From Raillietiella orientalis (Eukaryota): a stretch of DNA of 64,000 nucleotides. Position 1 is the first letter of the stretch; each line of letters opens with the position of its first letter. Shown piece by piece: positions 1-12,744 of this stretch. Below the pieces are notes generated by a model. That model was not told the origin of the DNA and ran no database searches. It saw only the letters and a list, made by a program, of their open reading frames with translations. The position numbers and the translations under genes were made by a program. Location of the stretch: positions 3,844,001 through 3,908,000 of the forward strand of contig JAYWIR010000009.1 in the NCBI GenBank assembly GCA_036172245.1. Reading direction: 5' to 3'.

Positions 1-2014
1 AAACGGACGTTCTCCCGGAGGAAGGGAGGATGCACGCAGGAAAAATTCGTTCCGAGCCTCCCGCCCCGAGGGTGCTCGGTTAGCTGAGAGGGACCGGAGA
101 TTTTTTTTGTTCCGAGGGCACCCAAGCCATCGAGATGGGCGGTTCGGTGACTGACGCTCGTCAATCATGGCTCAGCTTTGTCAAATGATATTATCTTTCC
201 GCGGGGGCGGAAGCGGAGGCGGTTGGCCGACCCCTTCGTCTCAGCTGCCGCCTTCTCCCCAAGGCGAAGGGATCATTACTGAGGGTGAAATGGGTCCTAG
301 GTTCCCGCAACGGAAATTTCTCGTTGCCGTTTACTTCCTATTGAGCTGCACATCCACAAGAGTCCCCTTCATCCCAGATTATCGGTTTGGCGTCGGATGT
401 TCAACCGCGCGCTCGCCGATCATCCGTGTCCTCTGTCCCTGCAATTTCCGTGGTTACGGGTTTCGTTGGGCTGGTTCATCCGGAGCCTGCAGAGTGGGTG
501 GTGCCACTTCTAGCCACTCCCCTTCGTCAGTGGTGTTTGCTGACGGCGGCGAGAAATTCTAGAGAGAATTTCCACTGCCACCTGGCCATTGTCCACATAT
601 GATCCTGGTGGATGACGCAAGTAGCCGGAACTCCGCTCCTCTCAGCCGAGGTCAGCTCACGCAGCACGCGCTCATCGTTTCGCGCGCGAGGCGACCAGCC
701 CTGCGTGTCAGAGGAACAAGGGTGTCGGGGTCGCCGCCTCCTCTTTGGGATCGATCCCTCCCTTCCTAGGAGAACTCTGGCCGTCGCGCATCACCCCGTA
801 TCCCGAAGATCCCGCGACGGCTGCCCACACAGTTCCAAGGACTCCGTTCGGCGCGCGGAGAGGTCAGCCCGTCCGAGAGCGTGCACTTGTCGCTGCTGTG
901 GCCCTGCGTGCTCGCGCGGAACACCGCGACCGAGATGACTTCCGTGCCTAGTCGCTGGAGGACCAAGTCTGGTCTGGAACGTACCGGCGGGAGGCCATTG
1001 CCAGCGGCTGGCGATGCGGTTTCCCTCTACCCAGGCGCATGCTCCATCGGCCCCATTTTTCGGATAAGCGGTGAGCTCACTGGAGGGCCCCGCATGCGCT
1101 CTTCGGCCTGAGGCGAAATGTCTAGGCGCACGATGGCTGTTTATCTGGACCTCTTCGATCCCGTCGCTCAGAGATCAGCTTCTCCGAGCAGCGCGCCATC
1201 CACGGTCATCTCCTTCCTTACAGGGTCGTCGGACGGCGGGGGCACGGTCTTTTGGCCCCGCGCTTCCGGAAGGTCCGCTCCCGGACGCGCATCTTCCCAC
1301 CGTCGCTTCCACTTCCACCCGGCTGGCATGGATCCTCTCGGAGGATGGTCCGACGGCGGCTCCTGCGCGTGCACACGCCCTCTGGCTGCCGGCCGTCCCG
1401 TTCCGAGGGGCGGATCGTGCACGGCAGACTCCGATGAGGGGAAGGGCGGATGGCAGCACTACCCGCCCCCCCCCCCTTCCCTTCTTTCCTCTTTGTATGT
1501 TCGAAGGACACGGGCCCTCATCTGGCCCGGTGGTTGGCAACCCTGCCTGGAGGATGGATCCCTCGCGTGACGGCTGTGCGTTGCTCTGCTTCGGACAAGT
1601 GCGACCGGCAGGGTGCTTCCCGACTGCTCTTCTTCCGGGACATTGAGGAGTTGGTTCTCTCCAGAATTCCCCTCCGGTTGGGAAAAAGGAGCTGTCGCCA
1701 ATCTTGGGAAGGAGGAAGGGAGAGAAAAAAGCAGGGAGCGGATCCCTTGTGGGAGGTTCCTCCGGGGAAAAAATTCCAGGAACAGATCCTTTCCAAGTTC
1801 CCTCCAGAGAGAACGAAGAAGAGGAGATTCCTTTCGGGATTGCCTTCGGAGACAGCCCAGACTGAAAGGTTCCCTTCGGGTTTCCCTCCCAAGCGTGAAT
1901 GGGATGGACCATTTCCTCCGGGGTCTTCCTGGATTCATAAGAAGGTCCCTCCGGCGTTGATTCCTAACTTTTAAAGTTAGGGGTCACCCTAGAAGGCGGA
2001 ATACCGCGGTCCAG

Positions 2015-3035
2015 GTGCCCCGGGCTCGTCAGCGAGGCATCAGCACTCGCAAGCTTTTGGAGGAGATCGTCCGCAACCCGCGGAAGATGCGGTGGGCCTC
2101 GTCTACTCCCCTTGTCGCCATGTTGCCCTCCCTAAGTGACTCAGGGAACGACGTAATCTGGCAAGGTGGGAAGCGACTTGCTGCACAGCGGCAAAGAAGA
2201 AACTTTTGGATGGGTGGACAACTCGGTAGGTGACGGACTCTGCGGCCCCGAGTGTCTCGCCAAAACGACTTGTACTCTGTGGAAAGCTGCCCGGCATCCC
2301 TCCGGAGAGGAGGGGAAGTGTCCTCCAGCGTGCTGGATCGATGGCACCTTCCCACTCGAGTGGCGGGAGTCGGCGTTGCTGGTGGTACGTGGGGGGAAAT
2401 CCCGTGCAAAGCGTGCCTTCACCACTGGACACGGGGAGCATGCACGGGTTCTCAGAGTGGGACAGGCGCGGGAAGAAGACCCTTCCGCACCTGCTGTTGA
2501 ACCGTGCTGCCCTCTGACCGCTTTGGGATTGCCTCGCGCCGATCCTAGGAATCCTGGAGGGAGGCCTCAGGGACATTTTCAGACGCCTCTCCGTGTGCAG
2601 TGCCTCATTAATGCCAGCTGCGTCCCTCGCAGTTCTCTGGGGTCTTCGCGTAGGCCTGACGATCTGTAACGCCCAAAACGGCAGGGACGTCATCCACTAG
2701 GCACGGATCCTCCTGAGGACAGCCTCGAGATGGACCTACCTGTGCGAGGAACGGAAGGAAATTGCAAGTGTCCTGAGCAGAATGTAGATAATGCCTGAAA
2801 GCGTACTGTGTGATTCCTTCCTCGTTCCCTCCCCCCCCTTCGTGTACAATTTCCTCTTCCCTGTTTTGTGCGTTTGTTTATTTTGTTTTCCCCTCTCCCA
2901 TGCTGCCGAAGGGGACCTCGCCGGTCTGCGTGCCGCTCTCCGGCAGGTTCATCGCACGTGGTAGAACCAGCGGTTCCACCACAACAGTGTGTTTTTATTG
3001 CTTTATGTGGTACATGCCACGGCACCAGGTGATAA
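2015..3035 (+). mobile_element. Non-LTR retrotransposon family A, degenerate 3' fragment (zf-RVT-like C-terminus plus 3' UTR)
   Basis: Frameshifted pieces LLEEIVRNPRKMRWASSTPLVAML, KCPPACWIDGTFPLEWRESALLVV and PCKACLHHWTRG match ORF 38100..38975. The 3' UTR has a T-tract and the GACCTCGCCGGTCTGCG motif at ~2914-2930. Confidence 0.8.
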
Positions 3036-3742
3036 CCATCCTAGACCCGTGGTAACGACTGTCGCCCCGCGATGTAGCTGCTGTCCTTAGTATAGAAAAA
3101 AAAAAAAAGATGCTCCTCACGCCGTCGGTTTTCGGACATGGAGGCAGACCGTAGTCTGTAATGGCTGCTGGCTGCTCTTTCCAGGATCTCCGTGAGCTCA
3201 AGCAGAGGGATCCCTAGACGCTTCCTCCCGTGTCGGCTTCGTGTTCCTGCCGAGGAGGACACGAGCGACAGCGCGCGCGGAGACTCCCTTCCAGAGACCC
3301 TCTGTTCCTTGGGCGCGTCGCTGAGAAGCTCCTTCTGCCCTCTCTTCTTTGCGTCCAGTTGGCCTGACTTCGCCGCAGAGGGAGCAGCGGTCCCATATTC
3401 CCAGTTGGGAAGCGGCGAGCGAGCAAGCGCCAATGCTTTCTGGCGTCCGTTTCCTGAAGAAAAGAAAGGTCCACTGCTTTCCCGAGGCACTCTTGAACGA
3501 GAACTCGATGACGGTCTTTGGGATCCTCCCTGGATCGAGATGAACGGATTTTTTCCCGAGGAAAGCTCGCGATTCCAAAACCGTTTCAGGACGGTCGGGA
3601 TGGCGCTTCTCGTCTGCGCAAGATGCGAGTTTCCCCTCCCTCGCATGTTCTTGGACGCGGACGAGGGTCCGTCTTTGCATTTCGGGGTATTCAGGAGACT
3701 TTGGTCCTCCGGGACGCTTTGCTCCACCTTTCGGATGCTTCG

Positions 3743-4626
3743 TTTTCACCCGGTCAAGCCGGGGCGTTTATTTAAAGAACTTACAGTATTTGCAGTACAA
3801 GGCCCCGCTGCGGCCAATAGTTCTCTGGAGATGTCGGGTGGTCGGTGCGTGGACCGGCTTGTCACTCCACGGCAACGGATGGGGTTAGGGAAAGAAGAAA
3901 AATAATGAAAAAACAAAAAGTACAAACACTTGTCAATTGGAGGGCCGGGAAGGGATCACTGTCCGTTGCGTGGAGCTTCCATCCTTTGCAGGATGCCGAC
4001 GAGGTCCTGGTACAGATTTCCCAGTTGGGGCCATCGGGATGCTATCCGCAGAAAGCGAGCAGCAAACTCCATGGCATCCCTTTCGTTAATATCCTCTGCT
4101 TCGTCGGATCCACTCCAAGCTGCCACAATACCGCGCACGCAGCAGAGAGCTGCTATTACAGCGGCTGGCTGCATTGCGTCCCGCACGAAGAGCAGCCGAA
4201 AAACGTCTCTTGAAAGGTTGCCTTCCAGGATCCCTAAGGTGGAACCGAAAAGTTTCCACAGGGACCGAAGGGCAGCACAGTCAACTAAAAGGTGCGGGAG
4301 GGCTTCCCGCTCCCTACACCGGGCACAGTTTGGGTTCACACTTCCCCGTGTCCAGTGATGGCGGCGTGCATTGCAGGGGAGTCCCCAGTGCAACAGCATC
4401 AGCGCCGACTCCTGCCATTTTAGGGGAAGGATCCTTGTTTCAGTTATTACTGGGGGCCACTTCAGGTCATCATTCGTGATTCCGAGCAGCTCGCCCCATT
4501 TTTTCAGTCCTTGCGGAAGGACGCTCTGGGTTGTGGCGTCCGCCAGCTGTCCCATTGTCCAACCGCTCAACAGTTTTTCGCTGCCTGCGATACGGCAAGA
4601 GACTTGCCACCTCGGCGTCCGGCTGC
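3743..4626 (-). mobile_element. Family A non-LTR copy, 5'-truncated, with 13-bp TSD
   Basis: ORF 3956..4735 contains KWPP..LPLKWQESALMLLHWGLPCNARRHHW..NCARCREREALPHLLVDC (zf-RVT-like C-x2-C/H/C). The 3' end reads AATAAACGCCCCGGCTTGACCGGGTGAAAA. Direct repeat TTCGGATGCTTCG at 3730-3742 and 4627-4639. Confidence 0.92.
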
Positions 4627-4984
4627 TTCGGATGCTTCGCGTATCCCTCGCCGTCGTCATGAAAGCAACTTCTGAGCGGAGGTTCCTTCGAAGCGGAGGG
4701 TACGCCGGGGCATTTATTAATAAAACAATAAACATATAATTGTAGGGCCATCGGCCCTACAACGTCCGAAAATGTTCGGAACCTTCCGAACGCGCTTCAC
4801 ACCACACGTGACGAGTATCTTTAAGATGGGGGATATGCTGGGAGGGGACCTCCCTACGAATCCGGGAAGGGTTCCAGAGAAGGGGGTCCATTCCTCTCAT
4901 GCCTGGGACCGGATCCCCGAAGGGAACCTGCCATCCTGGTTGCCTCCGATGTCCACCCGGACATGCCAGGACGTTTCTTAAAAT

Positions 4985-5520
4985 TTAAAGAGAACTCACA
5001 AACTGTGGTAGGCCAGGTGGTCCTACCACTCTCCTGTTGTCCATGGGCCTGCTGGGTCGCCGGTGCGCAGGTCGGAGGAGGTCACCTCGACAGTGGAGGG
5101 GGAGGGGAGAAAACAAAAAAGAAAATGAAATTTTTTGGAAGGGTCAGGAAGGGATTGTTCACTGGAGGGAGTCTGTATCCGTTTCAGGATACCGGCTGGG
5201 CCCGTCCGAATAGGTTCCAGGTGGGACTGTCTTGCCGCTATCCGCCGAAAGAGAACCGCTAAGTGGATGGCATCCCTGTCGTTCCTTCTGGCGTTGGCTT
5301 CGCTCCACGCCGCTACAATCCCGCAAAGGCAGCAAAGCGCTGCTGGGGCTGCAGCTGGCTGCAGGGCGTCCCGCACAAAGAGGAGTCGCACAACGTTTCT
5401 GGGGTTGCTACCGGAGGATTCCTAGGGTTGCGGCAAAGCGTTCATAGAGCGGTCGGAGGGCAACGCAGTCCACATGCAGGTGTGGGAGGGATTCCCCACC
5501 TGCATGTGATCTGCCGCAGG
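4985..5520 (-). mobile_element. Family A non-LTR 3' fragment
   Basis: ORF 5023..5391 reads RLLFVRDALQPAAAPAALCCLCGIVAAWS..RDAIHLAVLFRRIAARQSHL..GILKRI, followed by the T-tract 3' UTR. Confidence 0.85.
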
Positions 5521-6099
5521 GATTCCCCAGCGTCCCGCGACGCCACGGGACGCTGGGGAGGGAGAGCCAGGACCGTCTCAGGTGCGGGGTACGGGAGTTT
5601 CAGAGAAGACCTCAGCGCAACAGCAGCAGAAGTACCGACTCCCCCCGCGTCAGATGGGGGGCGCTGCTATCTCTGAGCACTGAGGGTCCACTCCAGGTCT
5701 CCTGACTGTATCCAAAGGGAACCCCGAAGGGACCCTCTTCCTTATTCTCTCCGGAGGGATCCCTCGGATCCGCTCCTGGCTTCCTCCTCTGAAGAGAACC
5801 CCGAAGGGACGCTTCCCGGTTTCTCTGAAGGGCGCTTCTGACACTCTGGAGAGGCAACCCCCGAGGGGGATATGAACCAGTTCCGTGATGCTCGATGAAG
5901 ACTCCATTTTCACAACCGGGAAGGAACCCCGAAGAACCCTGGATGGTCCACTTCCAATCTCGACCATTCAAAGGGAACATCCCTTTCCAGCTTCCACCAG
6001 TGCGCACCTGAAGAGGCGCCAACCAGCGTCATCCTGCGGGGATGGGAGGCTGGAAACTTATGGCGCCGGTCTTTTCCTCCGGGCGAGACTCGAATTCGT

Positions 6100-7450
6100 A
6101 ACGCCTGGTGCTATACGTCAGGGCCGCAGCCGCGACCCAAACGTCCCTCTGAAAGAAGAGGGTTGAAAACTTGGAAGATGCGCGCGCTCTTGAAGAAGGA
6201 TTTGGTGCCGTCTCTCGTCATGCGGCCGCGACCCACCCTCATCTCTCCAGTAGGGCTCGAGCTTTCCAGGATTCTAACGGAGGTTTCTGGGTCGGAGGGA
6301 GCGAAGACCGCGTTCCAAGCGGCTTCATCGGTGCGCCGCCAGGCGCGCAAAGTCGGAGCCACCGTGCACCCGTCGATTTGTCCGTCGTCGGTTGGTCCTC
6401 CCCGGCCGGCGACGCGCGTTCCTCTTCTGCTGCCGGGAGCCGGTCAACGACCTCTTTCGACAGGGAGAATTCCCGATCCGTTCCCGGGAAATGCGCTGTT
6501 TACCCCCACCCCCCCTTCCTTCCGGGATGCTGATAAACGACGCCGTAAAGCCTCATCTTCCCGGTGTCCCGGCTCCCGAATCGGCAATTCTCGCAGCGGG
6601 AGAAAGCAGAGGGACGGAATTGGCGCGCGCGCGCGCCATCTTCACGCACTTCCGTTTCGGTGCAGCGAACGTCCGCGGTGGGAGCGGCGCGGACGCTGCG
6701 CCGGGCAGCGCGCCAACTTCTTTTCGATTCGCCGAGGTCTCCCAGGGCACTTGCAGCTCCGAGGAGGCGTGGACGCCGCCTCCCGGATCCATCTTTGCCG
6801 CATCCTGTGCGCCGAGTCGGCAGTCAAGTGCTCGCGTCCTCCCCAGGTTCGCAAGAAGCCCCTGGAAAAGGCATCGCGCGGCCGTACACTTGACAGCGCG
6901 AGATCCTCCCCCCAAGTCTTGCTCCTCCCCTTTCCCCTCGCAAATCAAGGGAAGCAGCAGTAGCCAGGCCGTTTTCTGCTTCGCCTCGAGGGAGTGAGGA
7001 AGGAGCCGGTGGCGGCAAGAGAAGTGCTCCCGCGACACCACGGCGACAATTCCAGCTCCGTCTCATCTTCGCTGCGGGAGGACGAATGCAAAGGACGCGC
7101 GCGCACAATGATCCTCCCCCCCTCCCCCTCCAGATGGGATATTCCGCTATCTGCAGCTACCGCACCGGGTTCCAGTTTATAAAAAGAGACCTCGTCCTGG
7201 GTTTCGGGTCACCAGCAGTTTCCAGTTGGACCGCGCGCGTCCTGCTGACCACTCCTCGTTCTGCAGAATGTCTGGAAGCAAAAGACGAAGTCCAAAACTG
7301 AAGAAGGAGGCGAAGCCGAAGAAAGAGGATGCGAGGAAGGTCATGAAGGCCATGACATCCCCCTCCGTGTGATACCTCCGTTCACTTGAGATGCGGAGGT
7401 GACCATCTCTTGAGTTCCTGGAATTCCAGCTTCAGAAAAAAAAGGCACCA
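6100..7450 (-). mobile_element. Degenerate 5' part of a non-LTR ORF2 (APE-like endonuclease and linker)
   Basis: Frameshifted motifs RRGVAGALL, LDLRGERG..RISRCQVYG, ALGDLG and DGTKSFFK occur in APE/linker order. A QELKRWSP-coding segment at ~7400-7425 is shared with ~43205-43230. Confidence 0.55.
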
Positions 7451-7599
7451 TCTCCCTGGAGGTCCCGTAATCTCAGAGACCTCGCGCGATCGGACTGTCG
7501 GGTTCCCTCTGAGAGCGGAAGCACGCGGTTCCGATTCACATGCCTTCCTGAGCGGCTCGTGGGGAGTGACCTGCGTGATACGAAACAGGAAAAAAACAT

Positions 7600-8045
7600 C
7601 TGAGTGCGTGGACAACCCGTGAGCTGGCGGACGCCGCGACCTCGAGTCTCCCGCCCAAAGGACTGCTACGCTGGGGGAGGCTGACGACAAATTCCTCCGG
7701 AGGAGGTACAATGACTCTCAGCGTGTTGGAACAGTGCAACCTTTCTCCTAAAGTGGCAGGAGTCGGCGACCCTGCTTCTGCTGCTGCACTGGGGCCTCCC
7801 GTGCGACGCCTACCGACACCATTGCACCCGGGTGAGGAGGTGGGCCCGAACTGCGGCAGTTGCAGCGAGAGAGAGTCCCTCCTGCATCTGCTCATGGACT
7901 GTATTGTCCCCTGTGGGAGCGATTTGCCACGTCCCCTGTGACTCTCCGAGGACAACTCCAGAGACGTTCTGAAGCTCCTCTTCCTGGGAGACGCCATCAC
8001 GCCGGCTGCATCCGCAGCAGCACTGCGCTGTCTATGCGGCGGAAC
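7600..8045 (+). mobile_element. Family A zf-RVT-like fragment
   Basis: Reads WTTRELADAAT..LPPKGLLRWG, PKWQES..LLLLHWG and PNCGSCSERESLLHLLMDC. Confidence 0.85.
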
Positions 8046-10599
8046 CGCATTACTCCTCCTTCTGCGCCCACCTCCACTCGGGAATTCCAGCGTCGCTCCT
8101 TGGAAGTTTCCGCGAACAGCTTCTGCGTTCCCGTGACAGCGAAACAGGCGTTGAAGAATTCCTCGCGGGCACGCGGCTTGCTTCCTGATTCTCTTTCTCG
8201 TGTAGACCGATGCTCGGCAGTTTCTTTTTTCTCGAGTGCGTAGGCTGCTGGTCTTTTCCATCGAGAAGACCCCCGCCTACGTCCACGTAGCTTGGTCCTC
8301 GCTCTTCTCGAGCATGTCGCGACCTGTGGGTCCGGTAGATATCACGGCCACACCGGATGTCAAGAGAGCCCCATTTTGTCCAGGTATAGCAGCGCAACCC
8401 CTCCATCCTGGAGACCCTGCAGAGTCGACTTCTAGGTCTCAGGGGGGCGCTCGGACATCCATCGTCAACAAGGAGCGGGCAAGATGTGTGCGTTTGGTCG
8501 CCTTCCTTTTCTCGAGCACTCCTGGACGCGTGAAGGGTGGTCCGGAAAGGGAAGTCAGAGTCCAGGACGACCTTTCCTCCTCCATTGAGCAGCATCGGAT
8601 CCAGAGGGAGGCCGCAGTCCACTTCAGGATGAGCTTTTTGCAGGAAACCACTTTTTTCGCCCCTCTTTCGCTGTAGTCTTCGGGCAGTGAAGAACTGGAC
8701 AAGTTCGCAGCCGCGGCAGGTCGCCCGATGGCTCATCGCGGGTTGCGCCCTACCCGCTGCGCAGAGGACCGAGATTTGCGGCAGGCGCGAGTCACCAGCA
8801 GGAAACGGACATCGCCCGTGGCGTCGGAGCAAGCGGGCTCTGCTTCCCAGCTTGGACGAAACTGGTGCGAAGCGGACTGTTCGTGTCGATCGGTGTCCAG
8901 TCCAGGAGAGGATGCAGGCTGCTCGGAGGTGGGAGTGCCGCATCCAAATCTGTGATGTGGTGGGGCTGTTCCGATCTCGAGACCGCGTGGCTCCGCGTGA
9001 GGCAGGTCCGGTTGAGAACAGGAGGACGCCGGCCGACCGCACCCTTTCCTTACTCGGATCGTCGGGGAAGAACTTCATACGCAGAGTCGCTCACCGGTGT
9101 TTCCACGGTGATCAGAGAACTGCCCTCAGGGAAGGGATTGCTCCCCAGGTCTCCAGAGAGAGGCATGAGGAATTCTGGAAACGGCTGGGCTAGCGAGACC
9201 GGCGCCGAAGGAACTTGTGGCGTCCGAAGGATCGGCGCATTGCCTCCTGGACTAAATCGGGTCTTCAATCCCCTACCTCCCACACACTTGCGTCCAGACC
9301 CGATGGAACTCCTACGACATGAGCCGCGTGCCGCCGCACCCTTTCGAAAGCACCTCTCTGCTCCCTCCCCCTCCCAGCATGGGGCGCGCACCGACACAAC
9401 GCTCTCTGAAATGCATCCCGAGATCCTACGCTCCCACGTAGTGCACCAGCTACGGACTTTCGGGGAAGACGAGAGGAGTGGACAGAGGAGGCGTCTTCGG
9501 CGGATGTGAACCCTGGAAGGAATCGAAAAGGGCGTCAGAAGGCCTTCCACCCACTCGGGCGGCGGGCGGACCACACGCATGCAGGACTCAGCTTTCAGTT
9601 CTCCTCGGGTGGAGGACGGATGTAGAATGTGTCTCAGCCCTGAGGGATTTTCGGGAGGGCACCAGCGTGCTGGTTGTTGGAGGAGACTCGCGTCTCCACG
9701 TGGCTCCAAGGAAGCGACGTAGTTCGCGACCGGTAAGGCAGTTGGTTGGTGTGTTTGCCGCCAAGCAGCTGCTCCAGGGAGATCAAAACAACAGGAGTTT
9801 TCCTTTTTTTTCTCGCTACAAATTCCTTCCTCTTTCCATCTGCCCCCGGTGGTTTCTGGCAGGAACGGGAACTGGCCGATTTTTCCACGGGGACGCGACT
9901 GCCCTCCAGCACTACCCGATTACCACCTCCAGACCTCCAGGTTTCATGCTGACCCGGACTCGGCGACGAAGGTAGAATCTGACGAGATTCCTAACGCTCT
10001 TCCCGGTTTCCCCTTCTATGCTTATTTCGCTGTTGCAGGCCACACGGCGAGGGTTCGGTTTGCGAGCTGCCGCTTCCCCCGGCGTGAAGCACGGAGCGGT
10101 CCATCTCAGGAAACTCTTGCACGAATCCACCAAAGATCCGAACGGGCTTCCTCGCAGTTGCTCACTCCGGTAACCCAGCACCCAGATGGTTGCCAGCGGC
10201 ACCATTTCGTACCGGGGCGGCGGGCGACTTCCGGAACGCAACAGCCGCCGACATGCTTTGCTCGCAGGCTGCACGTCCGCGCTCGCTTGTTCTGCAATTC
10301 AGGAAATGGATGGAGGTTTTCTGGACTTTGCAGGTTTGAAGGAGTTCAGGAGCACTCGGATCCGCAGACCGTAATCACATGGCTCGCCCGGAGGTCGTGT
10401 GGTTAGGTCTCCGCACGTGGCACCACCAAGCGTGGTGGGTTCGCATACTCGGCAAGAATCGACTCACCCCCCACTCTCGGCTTGCCGAGAGTGGGGGGTG
10501 CGTCGTGGGTTCGAGTTCTTCCCGCGAGACGACGCTGGTTGACCTCCATTCCTTCGGGTGCGGCACTAGTAGCGATTCAAACCAGATGCCCCCGACGAG

Positions 10600-10870
10600 T
10601 GGCCGGGACAATGGGGTCGATCTCCGGGTCCTTCCAGGAAACAGAATCAAGGAGTGGGTAGTTCCCCTCCGGTTGTGCAAAGGAGCGGATTCTTCCTTCG
10701 GGGGAACTCTCCGGGGAGTAGGTGTGCCACCATCTCTCTAGAGTTCAGAGAAGCGTGCCTTTGTTGTCGACTATGGTTATTGCTCTGGGGTCTCCCCTGC
10801 AGCCCCTGTCGAGATCACTGGACATTGGGTAGCTCAAGCCTGGACTACCGCAAGTGCCTGGAACGGGAAT
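10600..10870 (+). mobile_element. Strongly diverged family A-like zf-RVT fragment
   Basis: ORF 10654..11001 reads TISLEFREACL..LLLWGLPCSPCRDHWTLG..YRKCLERE. Confidence 0.6.
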
Positions 10871-11629
10871 TTCCCCTTCCCGCACCTGCTTGTGGACTGC
10901 GCTGCCCTGAGGGAACCCTTCTTTTCCGGTCCCTGCGGGAACGTTTTTCGACTCCTCTTCACGCGTGTTGCCCTTCCACCAGCCCCGGGGTGAGCGGATG
11001 ACAACGCCGACCTGTGCAGGAAGAAACGTGGGATCCCTCCGCCGCCGGCTGAGGGGCGTTTGCCCAGTCAAATGCGAAGAGGAACGCTCGGGCCCTCTTC
11101 GAAGCGATTCTGATCGAAACAAAATTTCTCGGCAGCAGCAACGGTGCAAGAAGGCTCTTAGAGCATATTACGGGGGGAGCTTCCCGACTCCCTATTAACG
11201 GTGAGCATGATTTATCGCGTTGAGAAAGTACAATGACGTGCACAGCTAATGGACAAGGAAGACGCGCTGCAGAAGTGAAGGGCTTTGCGGGAAGATCCTT
11301 TTTTTTTTTTCTCAATATGGGGATCACGCGTGTGGCACGCGCCATTTTTCACTGTTCGGTTTATGGTTTTGTCACGCGCAGGATGCGTGCTCGACTTGTG
11401 GCTCGGTGAAAGCCAGAGGGGAACAGCTGTGGATGACAGCAATTCGCCACTGATTCGCCACTTCCCCGAAGTCTTCCTTTCGTGCCAGACTTGCGTGGCC
11501 AGACCAGACTGACCCGCGAGCCGAGCCCTTAATGCCCCCAAGCGGAGACCCGCCACGCTTCCGGTGTGAATTGTCCTCCCTTCCCTCCCTTCACTATCTG
11601 ATAACACGGGCTAAGGGAAAATGGGTCTT

Positions 11630-11935
11630 CAGCGCTGCTCAACAATTCCAGTGTTGTGGTCGTGGCAGACCTACGGTGAGCCGTGCAAAGCCAGCCGATC
11701 CTTCCCGAAGAATGTACGATGCAACTTCGTCATTTCCTTGACCTCTGCGACCTGGCACCTGTGCAGCGGAACGTGCATCCCTGCACCCACCTGCTACGGA
11801 GGTGGGTATGGGGATGCGCATCCGAGTACCGTCGACTCCGTACAACGCGGGGGATGCCTTCCGAGTTATACGAATTCCGCGTTATAAGAGCCCCATGGGT
11901 TTCACACGCATACTATGACAGTATTTTGCCCTAGA
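11630..11935 (+). mobile_element. Degenerate APE-like endonuclease fragment of a non-LTR element
   Basis: VVVVADL, QLRHFLDLCDL, PTCYGGG..PSTVD and PWVSH resemble the APE GDFN, PT..S.ID and SDH motifs in order. Confidence 0.5.
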
Positions 11936-12744
11936 TAAAAAAAAAAAAAGGTATCCGAAAGCATTATAGCAACAGAAAATTCATTCCCACAGTTTAAAAC
12001 AAAACGAAAAATTACAATTGTTAATTTATTCTTTTACTTGAAAGTAAAAAAAAAAAAAAAACTTTGAATCCATTTATTTTCATCGCTTCAGGTCCATCGT
12101 CCTCGTTGTGGCAAACCATCTCTACTTGGGCAATTTTGTTCATGAAGGTTTGAATGACATAAAATTCCACTCAATTGAACCACGCGTTCCTTTTTCAGAC
12201 GACGGACTTTGCTGAACTCGCACTATATGCCGCGGGAATCGCGGTTGACCCACAGGGCCTCAGGGAGCCGACTGGAGCCGCACACGGGCCAGGCCGCCAT
12301 TTTGTCGCCGCGTTTGCACGGATCCGCTCCGTCGTAAGGGAGGCTCTGCTGCGCCGAGAGAAGATGTGCGGGACCCAAATGCAGCCCCCAGTGACCCCAT
12401 CGAAAACTCAGACCAAGTGTGCGAAAAATAAGCATGCACGAATGAGTACAAGTTGTAAAATTTCGTCGATAAGCCAAGTTGTCCCACCACCACTGGTCGG
12501 ACCTGGGGAAAACGCTGGACCGAAATGCCGAAGACGGGAGATCGCTCCTTCTGTCAGAAGCTCAAGGGAAACCAAAGCAAGAGACCAGAGAGAGGGGCGG
12601 GGGCCTTCAGGTCCCCCAGCAACTTGCGCTTCCTGAAGGCAGTCGTCGTCTGAGCTGATGTTCGGTGGCGCCGGAGACGGCCGGAGGCGCGCCCGCGGCC
12701 GCAACACCGCTGGTCTCCCCGCACCGCAGAGCGCGCAGTCGTGT

